NCBI GenBank assembly: GCA_001724265.1
Contig: MEDY01000102.1
Coordinates: 62,001 to 95,880 of the forward strand
Direction of reading: 5' to 3'
Source: Rhizaria sp. SCN 62-66
Lineage: Eukaryota
Length of the DNA stretch: 33,880 nucleotides
Part shown: positions 8,301 to 18,622 of the stretch, piece after piece
Position numbering within the stretch: position 1 is the first letter of the stretch
How the letters are laid out: every line of letters starts with the position of its first letter
Translations under genes and position numbers: made by a program
The notes under the pieces: model-generated
Told to the model about the DNA's origin: nothing
Databases searched by the model: none
What the model saw: only the letters and a program-made list of their open reading frames with translations

Positions 8301-10840
8301 CTGCGCTGCTCCAGTGGCTGCGCGCGACGCTGCTCGACGCGCGCGCGCAAGGGCTGGCTGTGATGCTCGTCGCCCACCAGCCGCTGGCGACCAAGAAGGG
8401 CAAAGATGAGATGGACATCGACTCGTTCCACTTTGCGCATCTCAAGGTCACGCTCGCCGAGTTCGCCGACGTCATCCGGTCCGCGCTGTTTGGACACCGC
8501 AACCTCGCGGGACTGCAGAACATTCTCGGTCCGCTGGGCGAGCCGTTGATCCCGTCCATCACGGTCCCCGGCGTGTCGCCGCGCGGCAACAACCAGCCCG
8601 TGTTCCACGAGGTGTTTCTGGACCCCGCTTCGTTCCACATCCTCGAGTTCGAGCAGTGGGTGTTCGACCTCATCTCCGAGAACACTATCGCCTCGCGCCT
8701 TGCCGTTGAGACGGAGCTGGCGTCCGCGGACGTCGCGCTCGTCAGCGCGCAGCGCTCGCTCGCTGAGCTCTCCCACAGCAACAGCAACGGCAACGGCAGC
8801 GGTAGCGGTAGGAACAGGGGCGGTGACCGGAGCAGCGCGGAGCTCGCGGCGGGGCTGCTCGAGGCCGACGCCGCCGCGGACGCCGCGCACGTCGGCCACG
8901 ACCACAGCGGCGGCGCCACCGACAGCCACGGCCACGGCCGCGGCGAGGACAGCGACGACGCCACGAGTACCGCGGATACCGCGGGTACCGCGGGTATTGC
9001 GGGGGTACGCAAGGGCAAGTCCCGCCGTGAGGTGGGCTCGGGCGCCGTGCTGCGGTCCTTCATGAAGGACGGGCCGGGCTCCGCCAACTCCCCCGTCTCG
9101 GCCTCCGCGCTCGCCGCCGCCGCGCTCCGCACCAAGCCTAGAAGCTCCGTCTCTATCTCCGGCTCTAGCTCTGGCGCTGGCACTGGCTCTGGCGCGGGCG
9201 TTGTCGTGGCTGCGGAAAGTGAGCCCGCGCACGTGCACGCCGCGCGCGTCGCCCTACACCACCACAAACAGCAGCAGCAGCAACAGCATCAGCAGGCGCT
9301 GGCGAAAAAGCGTGTCGCTGCCACGATGACCGCCCTCGAGACCGCCGCCACGACTGACTCTGCTCAGAGCGCCGCTGTCGCCGCTGGCGTGAACGCGGCC
9401 GCGACCGCGTCTACGACGGTGGCCACGACTAGCGGCGCGCTGGGCCGGCTGCTCACCGCGCCGAGCGATGAGCCCGAGGTGGTGCGGCTGCAACGCGCTC
9501 TCAAGGCCAAGATCGCCGCCGTGCACCGCAAGATGCAGGCCGACGCCGCCGCAGCCGCTGCCGATGCAGATGCCAAGAAGCAGGCCGGGCTTGCCGCTGT
9601 CCGCTCAAAGCTGCAGCAGCAGGCCGCCGCCGCTGAGGCCGCCGCCGCCGCCGCGGACGCCGCCGTCAAGGACGCCGCGGCTGAGGTCACGGTCGCCAAG
9701 CAGCAGGCGCAGACCGCCGCGGCGGCGCGTGCTGTGACGGAGGTTGCCGCCGCTGCCGACGCCGATGTGGGCAAGCTCGACGCCAAGGCGCGCAAGGTGG
9801 CGGACAGGACCGCCACCAAGGCTGCGAAGGTCAGCGACAAGGCCGGCGCAAACTCCGCTGCTCCGGCGGCGGCGGCAACGGTGACCGCTCTCGAGTCACT
9901 CGGCTCTGACGCTGGCGTTGACTTGGACGCTGACGCGGACTCCGTGGCTGCGGTGGCCGACGGGCTGCGCGACAGCGTGCATGAGAGCGTCGACGCGTGG
10001 GTGCTGACGCTATCGCCGGCCGCCGAGGCTGCGCTGCGCCCCAAGGTGGAACAGTTCCTCGCTGCGGTTGATGCCGCGGCCGCGCAGCGCAAGGCAAACG
10101 CGCAGGCTCACAGTCAGAGTCAGGCTGATCCGAGCGCGCACCCTGCGTACAAGGGCAAGGCTGTTAAGGCTGCTAAGGCTGCTAAGTCTGGTATCACTGG
10201 CGCCGTTCCTGCCGTTACGACTGATACCGCAACCCCCCTGCTTGCGCCTGTGTACGTTGCCACCCTCGTCGCCGCCGAAAAGGTCCCCGTCGCCATCCCC
10301 ATGTCTGCTGCCTCCTCTGCCCCCGCTGCGAAGCCTTCTAGCGGGAGCAAGCCCTCCGCCAGCGGCGACTCCACAGCCAACAACAACAGCAGCAGCAGCA
10401 GCAGCGCCGCCTCTCCCAGCGGTTCGACTGACGCTTTGACTGGCGCGAGCATCGACAAGACCGCGGCCGAGCGCCTCGCCGCCGAGGCCGCCGCCGCCGC
10501 CGCGGCCGCGTCGCTGGGCGCCGACGAGCTCTTCAGCAGTGGCTCGGAACACGAGTACCTGGGCCGCTGGGGCCAACATCCGCAGGACCTCTACTCGTGG
10601 CGCGCCATCTCGGGCGCCAAGAACTTCACCGCCGCGACGCTGGCGCACTTCCAGGACAACGCGCCGCGCATCTCGCGCGACTTCTTTGCCGTGCAGGTGT
10701 GGACGCAGGGCGGGTTTATCGGGTTGGAGACGCCCGAGAACTTCCGGTGCAAGGCCCGGTACGATGAGGAGGATGCAATGATGCGCTGTCTCTTCCCGGA
10801 GCAGGACCCGCGCTGCTTCGATCCCTCCTGGATCAAGTAA
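5360..10840 (+). CDS. Calcineurin-like metallophosphoesterase of the endopolyphosphatase Ppn1 / acid sphingomyelinase-like group, membrane anchored, 1826 aa, intronless
   Basis: Motifs FFHFSDSHVD, FGRYKCNPP, DFIVITGDLAPH, GNND, VAHQP, GHRN and PGVSP…NNQP lie at ~7590-8690. Hydrophobic N-terminal segments lie at ~5680-5900; TAA stop. Confidence 0.85.
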   Translation: MADYVDADLAELSAFATHSGRAAAAVAAAGGRGSAAASFSRRDADMLHAFASYQAADAADATDADSARLLRPSRVASAGSINGDGDRNSARSYDNTASSQQQPPRPGFSGIAAAAAAFAVVAAAAARTLLAAALAGVALVLAAVAAFPKRAAAIAAGSLLLVTLLVAFSGSGAALGAGAGAGAGVATVAAPAATAVSWPPGVAVAIMAETDTETDAATKTQTVSSKATGKNANTAPTTPVHHRLIEADIDADAELEALLTQESSRAARAASRLTLAEGGAGQEKSQKQQDQQYQQDTDSDADSDDADSSADAESEIEIEEADAASAALLAEMEGETLPSGGSTSLAQTVFAESSSSSKSSKTSDSKSKSKSDNKDNKDSKDSKTAKSDSAKTVSKVAGKTMSKREAAAAKAKAAAAKAKAAAALAKKKAHYAPTATRKKVLASQLNPFHTVHTHSHSATTSSSSAQTGAQLQSQAGGGKAAAAALSRETGSALAAAVAAAGQSLKATGALTDVASVFPPSSTLANANANSDASAAAAAAAPSAPVPAALKLNPHPHSPAAAAAAAAAAAAAAANGNSNGPAEAGADGVTPNSSGDVAGLARGTARSALAPTAEAVNAAYATRGDAPRVSVGFTAAVAADADSGAASRAAHAPRNVSGGSGGGSRDGKDSVKNAKDAGNSNKDSGASSADVAAAAAAAAAAATRAAAANVTAAADALRERGGFYAQGASPHFGHLHPLSAELKTAVRFFHFSDSHVDPFFTPSQSMQPGVCHSCKLSSAVFGPDAYCPLAIPDGESVRDVSAGYAFGRYKCNPPPRLMRSLLTHLSRHNADPDFIVITGDLAPHGFPDDQYPLDADTQLTDLCPSKFLVMQRHIRELRRFFPRTQFAFSMGNNDHLPKNVFWAPYMAKLGDMFLDEGFISPQQHADFIRTGSYYLDPRPGLRIACPDFSLFIEGGEASFVPEDQWAHLTGVEQEDARFPVRAALLQWLRATLLDARAQGLAVMLVAHQPLATKKGKDEMDIDSFHFAHLKVTLAEFADVIRSALFGHRNLAGLQNILGPLGEPLIPSITVPGVSPRGNNQPVFHEVFLDPASFHILEFEQWVFDLISENTIASRLAVETELASADVALVSAQRSLAELSHSNSNGNGSGSGRNRGGDRSSAELAAGLLEADAAADAAHVGHDHSGGATDSHGHGRGEDSDDATSTADTAGTAGIAGVRKGKSRREVGSGAVLRSFMKDGPGSANSPVSASALAAAALRTKPRSSVSISGSSSGAGTGSGAGVVVAAESEPAHVHAARVALHHHKQQQQQQHQQALAKKRVAATMTALETAATTDSAQSAAVAAGVNAAATASTTVATTSGALGRLLTAPSDEPEVVRLQRALKAKIAAVHRKMQADAAAAAADADAKKQAGLAAVRSKLQQQAAAAEAAAAAADAAVKDAAAEVTVAKQQAQTAAAARAVTEVAAAADADVGKLDAKARKVADRTATKAAKVSDKAGANSAAPAAAATVTALESLGSDAGVDLDADADSVAAVADGLRDSVHESVDAWVLTLSPAAEAALRPKVEQFLAAVDAAAAQRKANAQAHSQSQADPSAHPAYKGKAVKAAKAAKSGITGAVPAVTTDTATPLLAPVYVATLVAAEKVPVAIPMSAASSAPAAKPSSGSKPSASGDSTANNNSSSSSSAASPSGSTDALTGASIDKTAAERLAAEAAAAAAAASLGADELFSSGSEHEYLGRWGQHPQDLYSWRAISGAKNFTAATLAHFQDNAPRISRDFFAVQVWTQGGFIGLETPENFRCKARYDEEDAMMRCLFPEQDPRCFDPSWIK
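7033..7078 (+). repeat. (GCC/GCT)n tract encoding poly-Ala
   Basis: Near-perfect trinucleotide run inside the phosphoesterase CDS. Confidence 0.9.
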
Positions 10841-11393
10841 ATGGGGCGGGCCAGAGGTCTCCGCAATGGAGCGCAGTGTGGCATGGACGAGCGGGGTGCG
10901 AGTGCGGAGTCCGAGTGTGGGTGATCGCCAACAGACTGCGTGTTGTTGCGACGCATTAAACTGCGTTATACTGCGTTTCTCCTCGCGTTAATCTTATTGT
11001 TGTTCAGATTTGAGGTTGTTTAGTGTGTTTTGGTGCTACTGCGCGTTGTGTACGTGCATGAGTACACAATTTACTTTTCTAGTTTGTCTCTATTATTTGT
11101 TTCTGTGATATGTTTTCAAGTGAAAATCTGCCCCGAGTCGTTTGTTTGTGCCATGCGGTCCAACCGTTGGCGTGACGGCGCGCGCTCTTCAATACAATCG
11201 AATTAGTGTTGTCATGTATCCCGTCGTCAATCTTAAGTGCAGCACTTTACCCGATATGGCACTATCAAAATGCCTATTATACTTTAATTATATGATATGA
11301 TTTTGCGATTTACGCGTTCATCTACGTTGTCCTAACAACCCTCTCAACACTTCTCAACTGCCACCTCAGGACTTTCGTTTCCGGACACTCTCC

Positions 11394-14300
11394 ATGAGCG
11401 ACAACTACGAGCGGTACGTAACCTGCCACCAAACTCGAAATTTGTCTATGTGATCTACTTGTTATTCTTTGGGGCAACTTATATCTCGCTTGTTCTACGC
11501 TCACAAGGCCGTTTTTCGATTGACCTAACACATTGTTTGTTTGTCGATTCATTACAGCCAAGGGCGCCGCAGCTCCTGGGTCCGTGATGCGCGCAGCCCC
11601 GACAACCCTTTTGCGGTCATGGGCGCCGCTAACGCACGCCGCGCCTCCGCCACCGCTGGCTCTGCCGCAGCTGCGTCCCCCGCGCGCGCACCGCGTGCCA
11701 GCGCTGGTGGCATCAACGTCTCCGACAACTTCGCACGCATGCTCGACGCTGCCGCCGCGTCCCCTGCGCGCGCCCCGGCCCCCGCTGCTGGGGCTGCCGC
11801 GCGCCGCCAGAGCGGTGGGCTGTTTTACTCGCAGCCTGATCCCGAAATGCGCCTTGCGCCCGGGCCCGCGGCTTTCGTTTCCAACGCCAACGCCAACAAT
11901 AACAACGCCAACGTCAACGTCAACGCTGCCCCCGTCGCCGCGCCTGCCGCCGCGGGCGCTGGCAGCAACGGCGACGGCGCCCCGCTGAGCGCGCACGTGT
12001 TGCCCTTTCTGCGCACTGTTTGCTTTCTCGACGCCGCCGCGCCAGGCGACAGCAACAGCAACAACTCCGGCATTCCCAGCTTCAGGCGGTTGTCCGTTAC
12101 GACGATTCCCCCGCAGCAGCCGCCTGGCCCGGCCGGCTTAGGCTCCCCGCTACCGCCGCCGCGCCGCCCCGCGCCGCCGCTGCCCGCCGCGGCTCTCTAC
12201 CCCGGCTGGCTCGTGTGGAGCGCGCGCGCCGCTTTGACAGCGCTCGTTGCAGTCGCAGTGACCAACATCGCGCCCGTGTCGTCGTCGTCCTCCTCCGGCG
12301 CACACAGCTCCTGGTTCGGCCTCCGCGACGGCACCGAGCCCGCCGACGCCGCGGGGGCCGCCGCGTGGGCCCTCGCCGCCTCCGCCGCCCCCGCACGCTG
12401 GAGCCACTCCTCCACCGGCTCTCACAGCGGCTACGGTGCCACGTCTGCGACGACCGCCGACGGCGCGCTGCCGCTGTCGTACCTCCCGCTGGCCGAGTGG
12501 GTTGCGGGCGCGCCCGCGGACGCCCCCGCGGCGACGCGCGTGCTGGCGCCGCTCGCCGAGGGCCGCCGCGCGCACAAGGCCGCCACAGGTTCCCCCACGA
12601 GTTCCGGCGCGAGTCCCGCGAGCTCCAGCGCGAGCGCGAGCGCCGGGTTCGCGGCGCTGGTCGAGGCCGCAGCGGCGCCTGTGGTCGCTGAAGCGTCGGC
12701 ACGCGCGCGCGGGGCGGCCGCGCAGGGCCCCGCGGCGCAGCGCGCGGCGTCGGTCCACGTAGTCTCCGGCTGCGCCGCCATCGGCCTGCTTGCGCCCTAC
12801 GTCTCCGTCTCCGCATCTCACAACGCACACGCGAACGCAAACGCGCACGCTAACGGCGAGGGTAATGGTGAGGAATCGTTGGCGACGCCGGCGGGCATGC
12901 TGAGCCGCGAGGCGCTGCGGCGCGCGGGCGCCGACGCGGCACTGCCTGCGCGGCTTGACTTTCCGCCCCTCAGCGCCGGCGCCGGGCTGCTGCGCCTGCT
13001 CGCCAACACCGGCGCCAGTGTCGGCGCCAGCGGGGGCGCTGAGGCGCCAACCGCTGTGGTGCAGGCCAGTCGCGCCGCCGGTGCCGCGAGTACGAGCCCG
13101 AGCGCGAGTGCGCTGACTGGCAGTGCGCTGGGTGAGTGCGACGGCTTCACTGCTACCGCTCACGGTCACAACGAGGGCGCCGTGACCGCGGCGTCGCTTG
13201 AGGTTGCCGCTGCAGCTGTGGATGAGGTGCGAGCTGAGTTCCGCCAGGCTGCTGCGGCTGCGGTCGCCGAGCAGCACCGCGCCTTGTCGTCACGTGCAGG
13301 TGCGTAATTGCAATGAGATTGCTCTATTATCAACACGTATTTTTTTTCATCCAATCAATCAAATTGTTTTCTCACGTTTTGTTTCTTATCCGCTCTGTTT
13401 TTGTTTCATCATAGCGCACGACCTCGTGCTGCAGCTGGCGCTGCCGCAGCGCGCCGCGTGCCTCTCTCTGGCCGACGCAACCATGGGTCTCTCCTCTGCG
13501 CTTGCCGCACGCGACGCCGCCTCCGCCGCGCAGAACGCCGCGGCCGCCGCGCTCGCGGAGGCCACTGGGGCCGGGTCCACCGCCACCGGTGCTGGTGCCG
13601 TCGCCGCAGCGCAGGCCTCGCTTTCCGCCGCCGAGGCCGCGCGCGCCGGCGCCGACGCCCGCGCCGCGACCGCGCAGACCGCGCTGGCGCAGGCGCGCGC
13701 CCGCAGCGCAGGCTGCGACGACCCCGCGACCTCTGCGGCCCGCGCCGCCGCCTCTGCCTCCGCCGCTGCGACTGCAGCCGAGGCCAAGGCGACGTCTGCC
13801 AGCAACGCGTCCGCCGCCGCCTCGGCCGCGGCCGCGCGCGCGCGCAAGGCGTTCCGGCGCACCGCGCAGCGCGAGGCCGCCGTGGCCGCGGAGGCCGCCG
13901 GGCTAGACGCCCTGGTCGGCGCCGCGACCGGCGGCGGCAGCGGCGGCGGCAGTGTGGACGCGATGGCCGAAGCGCGCCGCGCGCTGGACAAGTCGCTTGA
14001 CGAGGCGCACGCGCAGCTGCGGAGACTGCAGACGGCGGGCGTTGCCACTGCGGCCGCGGCCGCGCACATTGACGGTGCGGACGGCCACGACGACGACGAC
14101 GACGACGACGACGAGGACCGCAACGGCGACGCCGCCGCGTCTGCCGGCGGCGCGGGTGGCCACGAGGAGGCGCTGGGCTCGCTGGGCGAGCGTGTGCGTG
14201 CGCAGCGCATTGCGCGCGTGCAAGCGCGCATCGACGAGCTCCTCGCCACGCGCGCCGCGCTGCAACCCGCGGCGGCTGCGGTAGCGGCTGCTGCTGCGAG

Positions 14301-15107
14301 CGCGGCGTCGCCGGCGGCCAGCGCCGCGGGTGCCGAGGACGAGGCGCAGCTCGCGGCCGCGGCGGGCGCGCTGCGCGAGCGCGCTGCCGCGCTGGCCACC
14401 AGCAAGAGCCAGCTCAAGCGCCAGTGGGAGGCTGCCGCCGCGACTGCAGAGGCGGCTGCTGCGGCGGCGACGGCGGCTGCTGTTGAGCACAAGGAACAGG
14501 CGCAGCGCGCGACCGCTGCTGCCGCGGCGAGCGCGCGCGCTGAGGCCGACGCGCGCGCGTGTCGGTCTGCGGCAGATGCGGCTGAGGGCGGCGTCGTGCG
14601 CGCGGCCGCGGTTGCCGCCGAAGACGCCGCGGCCGCGGGCAAGGAAGTCGAGGCGCGCACCAGCGTGCTCGCGCGCGCGCTGCAGGCTGCGGCTGCGCGG
14701 GAGAGCGACGCACGCGCTGCGGCCGCTGCGGCGAATGACGCCGCGAAGAAGGCCGAGGAGGCGCTCGTTGTGCGCGCGCATCGTCATACTGGACTGTTGG
14801 AGACCGCGGTCGTCGGACATGTTCGGCTCACGGTCGCTGCCGTCGAGGCAAGGGTACGCAACACTGAAACACACCCAATTTCTTGATACTTATTCATAAA
14901 TTGTGAGCTATAGCATCATACTTTTTTTGAACATACTCACTCTCTGTCTTTTTGATTTGTTTTTGTGTTTGTGATCTGTAGGCACTCGATTCCGAGCTCG
15001 AGGCTGCTGCGGAAACCGCGGCGCGTCACGCTGCCGCTGCTGCCGCCGCCCGCGCGCGCGCCGTGGCCGCTCTCGGCGGCGCCGCGCCTGCATCTTGCGA
15101 CCGGTGA
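11394..15107 (+). CDS. Ala-rich protein with C-terminal coiled-coil, ~1108 aa, 4 exons: 11394-11413, 11558-13299, 13415-14853, 14982-15107
   Basis: Introns 11414-11557 (GTACGT…ACAG), 13300-13414 (GTGCGT…ATAG) and 14854-14981 (GTACGC…GTAG) all preserve frame and join track ORFs 11541-13307 and 13198-14886. The 3' end is uncertain because the TGA at 15105-15107 overlaps a GTGAGT. Confidence 0.7.
14089..14112 (+). repeat. (GAC)8 microsatellite encoding poly-Asp
   Basis: Perfect trinucleotide run inside the CDS. Confidence 0.9.
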
Positions 15108-16133
15108 GTTACTTACCGTGCATAAACGTGGCCGCACTGAGCCAGCCGTGTTGATGTCACCCGCTATTGAGTCAAGGGGGTCTGTAACATTTTCACTTGC
15201 TGATACACTTTGCCATCGGTCCTCGAAGCCGTCAGATTGGTCGACTCAGAAGAGTGACAAGTTAGTCGAACGTATTAATTGTCAGCCCTAAGTGGGCAGT
15301 GATATCTTTGTCTGTGGGCCGGTGGCATCACTATCATGAGGCCGGGTGGCTTAACTTGTGGCACCGGAGTTCTTGAGTGTGGGCCTTGCATTTTTCTAGA
15401 GGGATAACAAGTTGGCATCAAAATACATATTATCGATTCGAGTTATCGCTACAAAAGACTGAAACAAGTATTTTTATTATGATTGTATGAGAGGTACGGA
15501 TATATTAGCGCACTTCGTAACTCGTCGATTTGTGACCTCCGCGGCAGTTAGAGACCGCTACGATATAACTGTTTTTATTTTTTATTTTTTAAATCACACA
15601 TTAAAAGTTCGCTGTATTGAAAAACAATGTACGTGCGAACGTTCATTAGAAACAAAATGCGTCATATTTGCAGTAAAAGAGGCATACCAACAAATGTTGT
15701 CCAACAACAAACTGCCAGTCGCCGAAGTCATAATACCCACATAATAACCATTATATAGTCACATACACACGGGAAACACTTGCTTTACATATACACGTTT
15801 TCTATCGTTCGTAGAATCACAGTGAATACATGTCGTTTGACTCGACCCAATGATATCGCAACTCAGCCTCAGCGACGACTCTTGAGTCACATCGCTTTCG
15901 ATCCCTTGAGTTGGTGAGTCAAGCTGATCATCATCGTGTAAATAGCGCACCACCCGGCGATAAAATATATTATACAAGCACAACTGGCCCTTGTTGCAAA
16001 GTCTTTGCGTCCCCACCGTCGGCGCAATAAGAACTACTACTTGTTTGATCGGTAGCTCGGTTAGCCGAGCAATATACACCTTAGACACGATCAAGCAACA
16101 CCGGAGTCAGATCAGCGCTCATCAATCGCTCGC

Positions 16134-17900
16134 TCACTCGCCCGCGGCGGCGATCGCCGCGACCGGCGCAGGCACCGGCGCTGCAGCCGCCGTGACCGCA
16201 GGCGCGGCGCCCGCAGGCGCGAGCGGCGCGCGGAAGAGCCTGAGGTCGACGACAAGCGTGGTGATGTTGTCCTGCGAGCCCTTGGTGAAGGCGCGCGTTG
16301 TGAGCACCTTGGCCGCGGCGGCGGGCGTCGCGCATGTGCCCACGAGCGCGGCGGCCTCGGCGTTAGACAGCACGTCCCACACGCCGTCGGTGGCGACTAC
16401 AAGCGCGACGTCCGCCGGTCCGATGCGGCGGCGCATGATCTCGGGGTCGGCCGACACGTACCGCTTAAGGCGTTTATCCCCGAAGGCCCGCGTGAGCGCG
16501 AGCGCGCCCTCGACGCGCCACGTCCCGTGGAAGACGATGCGCCCGCCCAGCGCCTCGATGCGGCGCCGCTCGTCCGCGCGCCGCGGCTTGTGGTCCACCG
16601 ACAGCGCCAGCGCCGCCAGCGCGCGTCCGCCCACCGCGGCCGAGTAGTCGCTGCCGCCCTCGGCGCCGGCGCCCGCGGCCGCGAGCGCGCCCTGGAGGAA
16701 CTTGGCGCTCTGTTGTAGCGCCGCAGCGGGGGAGCCGTTGCTGGGGGCGGATCCCGCGTCAGCGTCGGGCGCGGCGGGCGCGGCGGCCGCTGCGGGGGCG
16801 GCGGCGGGCGCGCCGGTGATGGTGCAGAGCACGGCGCGTGAGTCGCCGATGTTGGCGACGTAGACGTACCCGGCCCAGATGAGCGCACACACGCACGTGC
16901 AGCCGTCGTCCCAGCCCTCGCGCGCCGCGGCCTCAAGCCACATGTCGTCGAGCGCCAGGAACGCCGCGCGCAGCGCCTCGGCGGGCGGCAGCACAGGCTC
17001 CAGCTGCAACTGCGCAGGCGCAGCAGCAGCAGCAGCAGCAGCAGTCGCGCTACCGTTGCTGCCGGTGCTGTTGCCGGTGCTGTTGCTGTTGCTGTAGCTG
17101 TTGAGACGTGAGGCCGAGGCGGGACTGGCCGCGGTGGAGCGGGCGGAGCGCGCGCGGAGCTCGCCGTCGCCGCGGCTGTCGTTGGCGGGCGAGCCGGACG
17201 TGGCGGGCAGGAGACGCAGTGCGGCGGGGTCAAGAGGCGAGAACAGAGAGCTCTCAGCGTCAGCCTCGCCGTCGCCGTCGTTGTTGCTGCCGTTGCTGTC
17301 GCTGTCGCCCTCGACGGAGACGGCGCCGGAGCTGCTATCGTCGGTCGCGAGCCGCAGCCCGCTGACAGGGCTATTACTGCCATTACTGCCGTTGCTGCTG
17401 TTGCTGGTGTTGCTGTTGCTGGGGGAGGGCGACTGCACGGCGGGCGCGGCCTGGAGCGGGTGGCCGGTCATGAGCGCGTTGATCACGAGGCGGTGCAGAT
17501 GCAGCGCGGCGAAATCAGCCGCGCGCGCGCCGCCGTGGCCGTCGAAGACCGAGTATAAAGCGCAGCGTGGGTCGCCGCCGACCGCCAGTGTGGCCTGGTA
17601 GTTGTCCTCCATGTACGGCCGGGAACCCTGGATCGAGTGCGCACCGCCGCAGGGGCCCAGAAACACCTTGCGCGGCAGCGGCTGGGTCGCTGTGGCCGGG
17701 GACAAAAGCGCAGAGACACATGCGGGAGTGGGGAGAGGTGAGGACGAGTGAACAGACAGTTAAACAAGATTCTTCCGAATCTAATGGAGGAGGGGAAACG
17801 AACCTTTTGTGCGTTGTGAGCGGCCAGAGATAAGCGCGTCAAGAAGCATGATGCCCCAGACAATAATGCTGATAATCAGCACGATTGCGAAGAGCGTCAT
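16134..17900 (-). CDS. PP2C/PPM-family Ser/Thr phosphatase with N-terminal transmembrane anchor, ~550 aa, exons 17900-17804 and 17689-16134
   Basis: Motifs GSRPYMED, VFDGHGG, ANIGDSRAV, DHKP, LALTRAFGD, ATDGVWD and GSQDNIT. An upstream exon MTLFAIVLIISIIVWGIMLLDALISGRSQRTK joins in frame via intron 17803-17690 (GTTCGT…ACAG); TGA stop. Confidence 0.9.
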
Positions 17901-18622
17901 AGCGACTTATAGCCTCCTCTAGGCCCGGAAGTCGCGGGGAGTTCGAGTGTCTCGGTTAAGCAGGGCGAACAGTAAAAGATGCCTCCTGAGCGAGGGTTCC
18001 GTGTCAACAGGCGTTAGGTGACTACAACCATACGACACAGAAAAATAATTTGTAAGAGTGATGCACATAAAAAGCGTGAGATACAATGAGAAAGATGACT
18101 AAATATGTTGTTAGGTGGACGCAATGAGCCTGCCACATCATCGGTGTGGATTGTCTTCTTCGGGCAATGACAGTGAGGCACAATATCGTTTGATAGCAAT
18201 GCCGATATATCGTGCAATATACGACTGTACATTTTATCAATATTCGGATGCCGTGTGCGCAACAGACGAAGGGCGACGTCATACAATTCACTTTTTGAAA
18301 GCGGTCTTGCAGACCCTGGCACGAGCACGCCGACGCCCACGCCACAGTCCAAATCACGAAACGCCATCTTTCACATGAAGATAACACGTCTGAGACCCAG
18401 TTTGCCAATTTAACAATATGTGCGTTGCATTTAATGTGGTGAGTTTGGTTATTTATTTCAATATGGTAGTACATGTGTGCATTTCAACTATGACGCACTT
18501 ACAAGCCTCGTTTGCACGGAGGGGGCTCGGAAACGCATTTCGCTGCCACAGGGGCGCTGAGTCATAGCTCTAGATAAAATCAACTTGTCAAATCTCTAAG
18601 TTTGTACTTGAAATGAATTGTT

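Noticed and set aside
15840-15935. ATGATA…CTGA resembling a C/D box snoRNA
   Set aside because: Imperfect C box, no terminal stem and no recognisable rRNA guide.
15487-16094. Short AT-rich ORFs in intergenic DNA (also 18014-18474, 24795-25373, 31285-31598)
   Set aside because: They lack the G/C-ending codon bias of real exons here and show no motifs.
17920-17960. GGAGTTCGAGT resembling a tRNA T-loop/B-box (looked for a suppressor tRNA)
   Set aside because: No cloverleaf, acceptor stem or anticodon arm can be built; it lies just upstream of the PP2C start.
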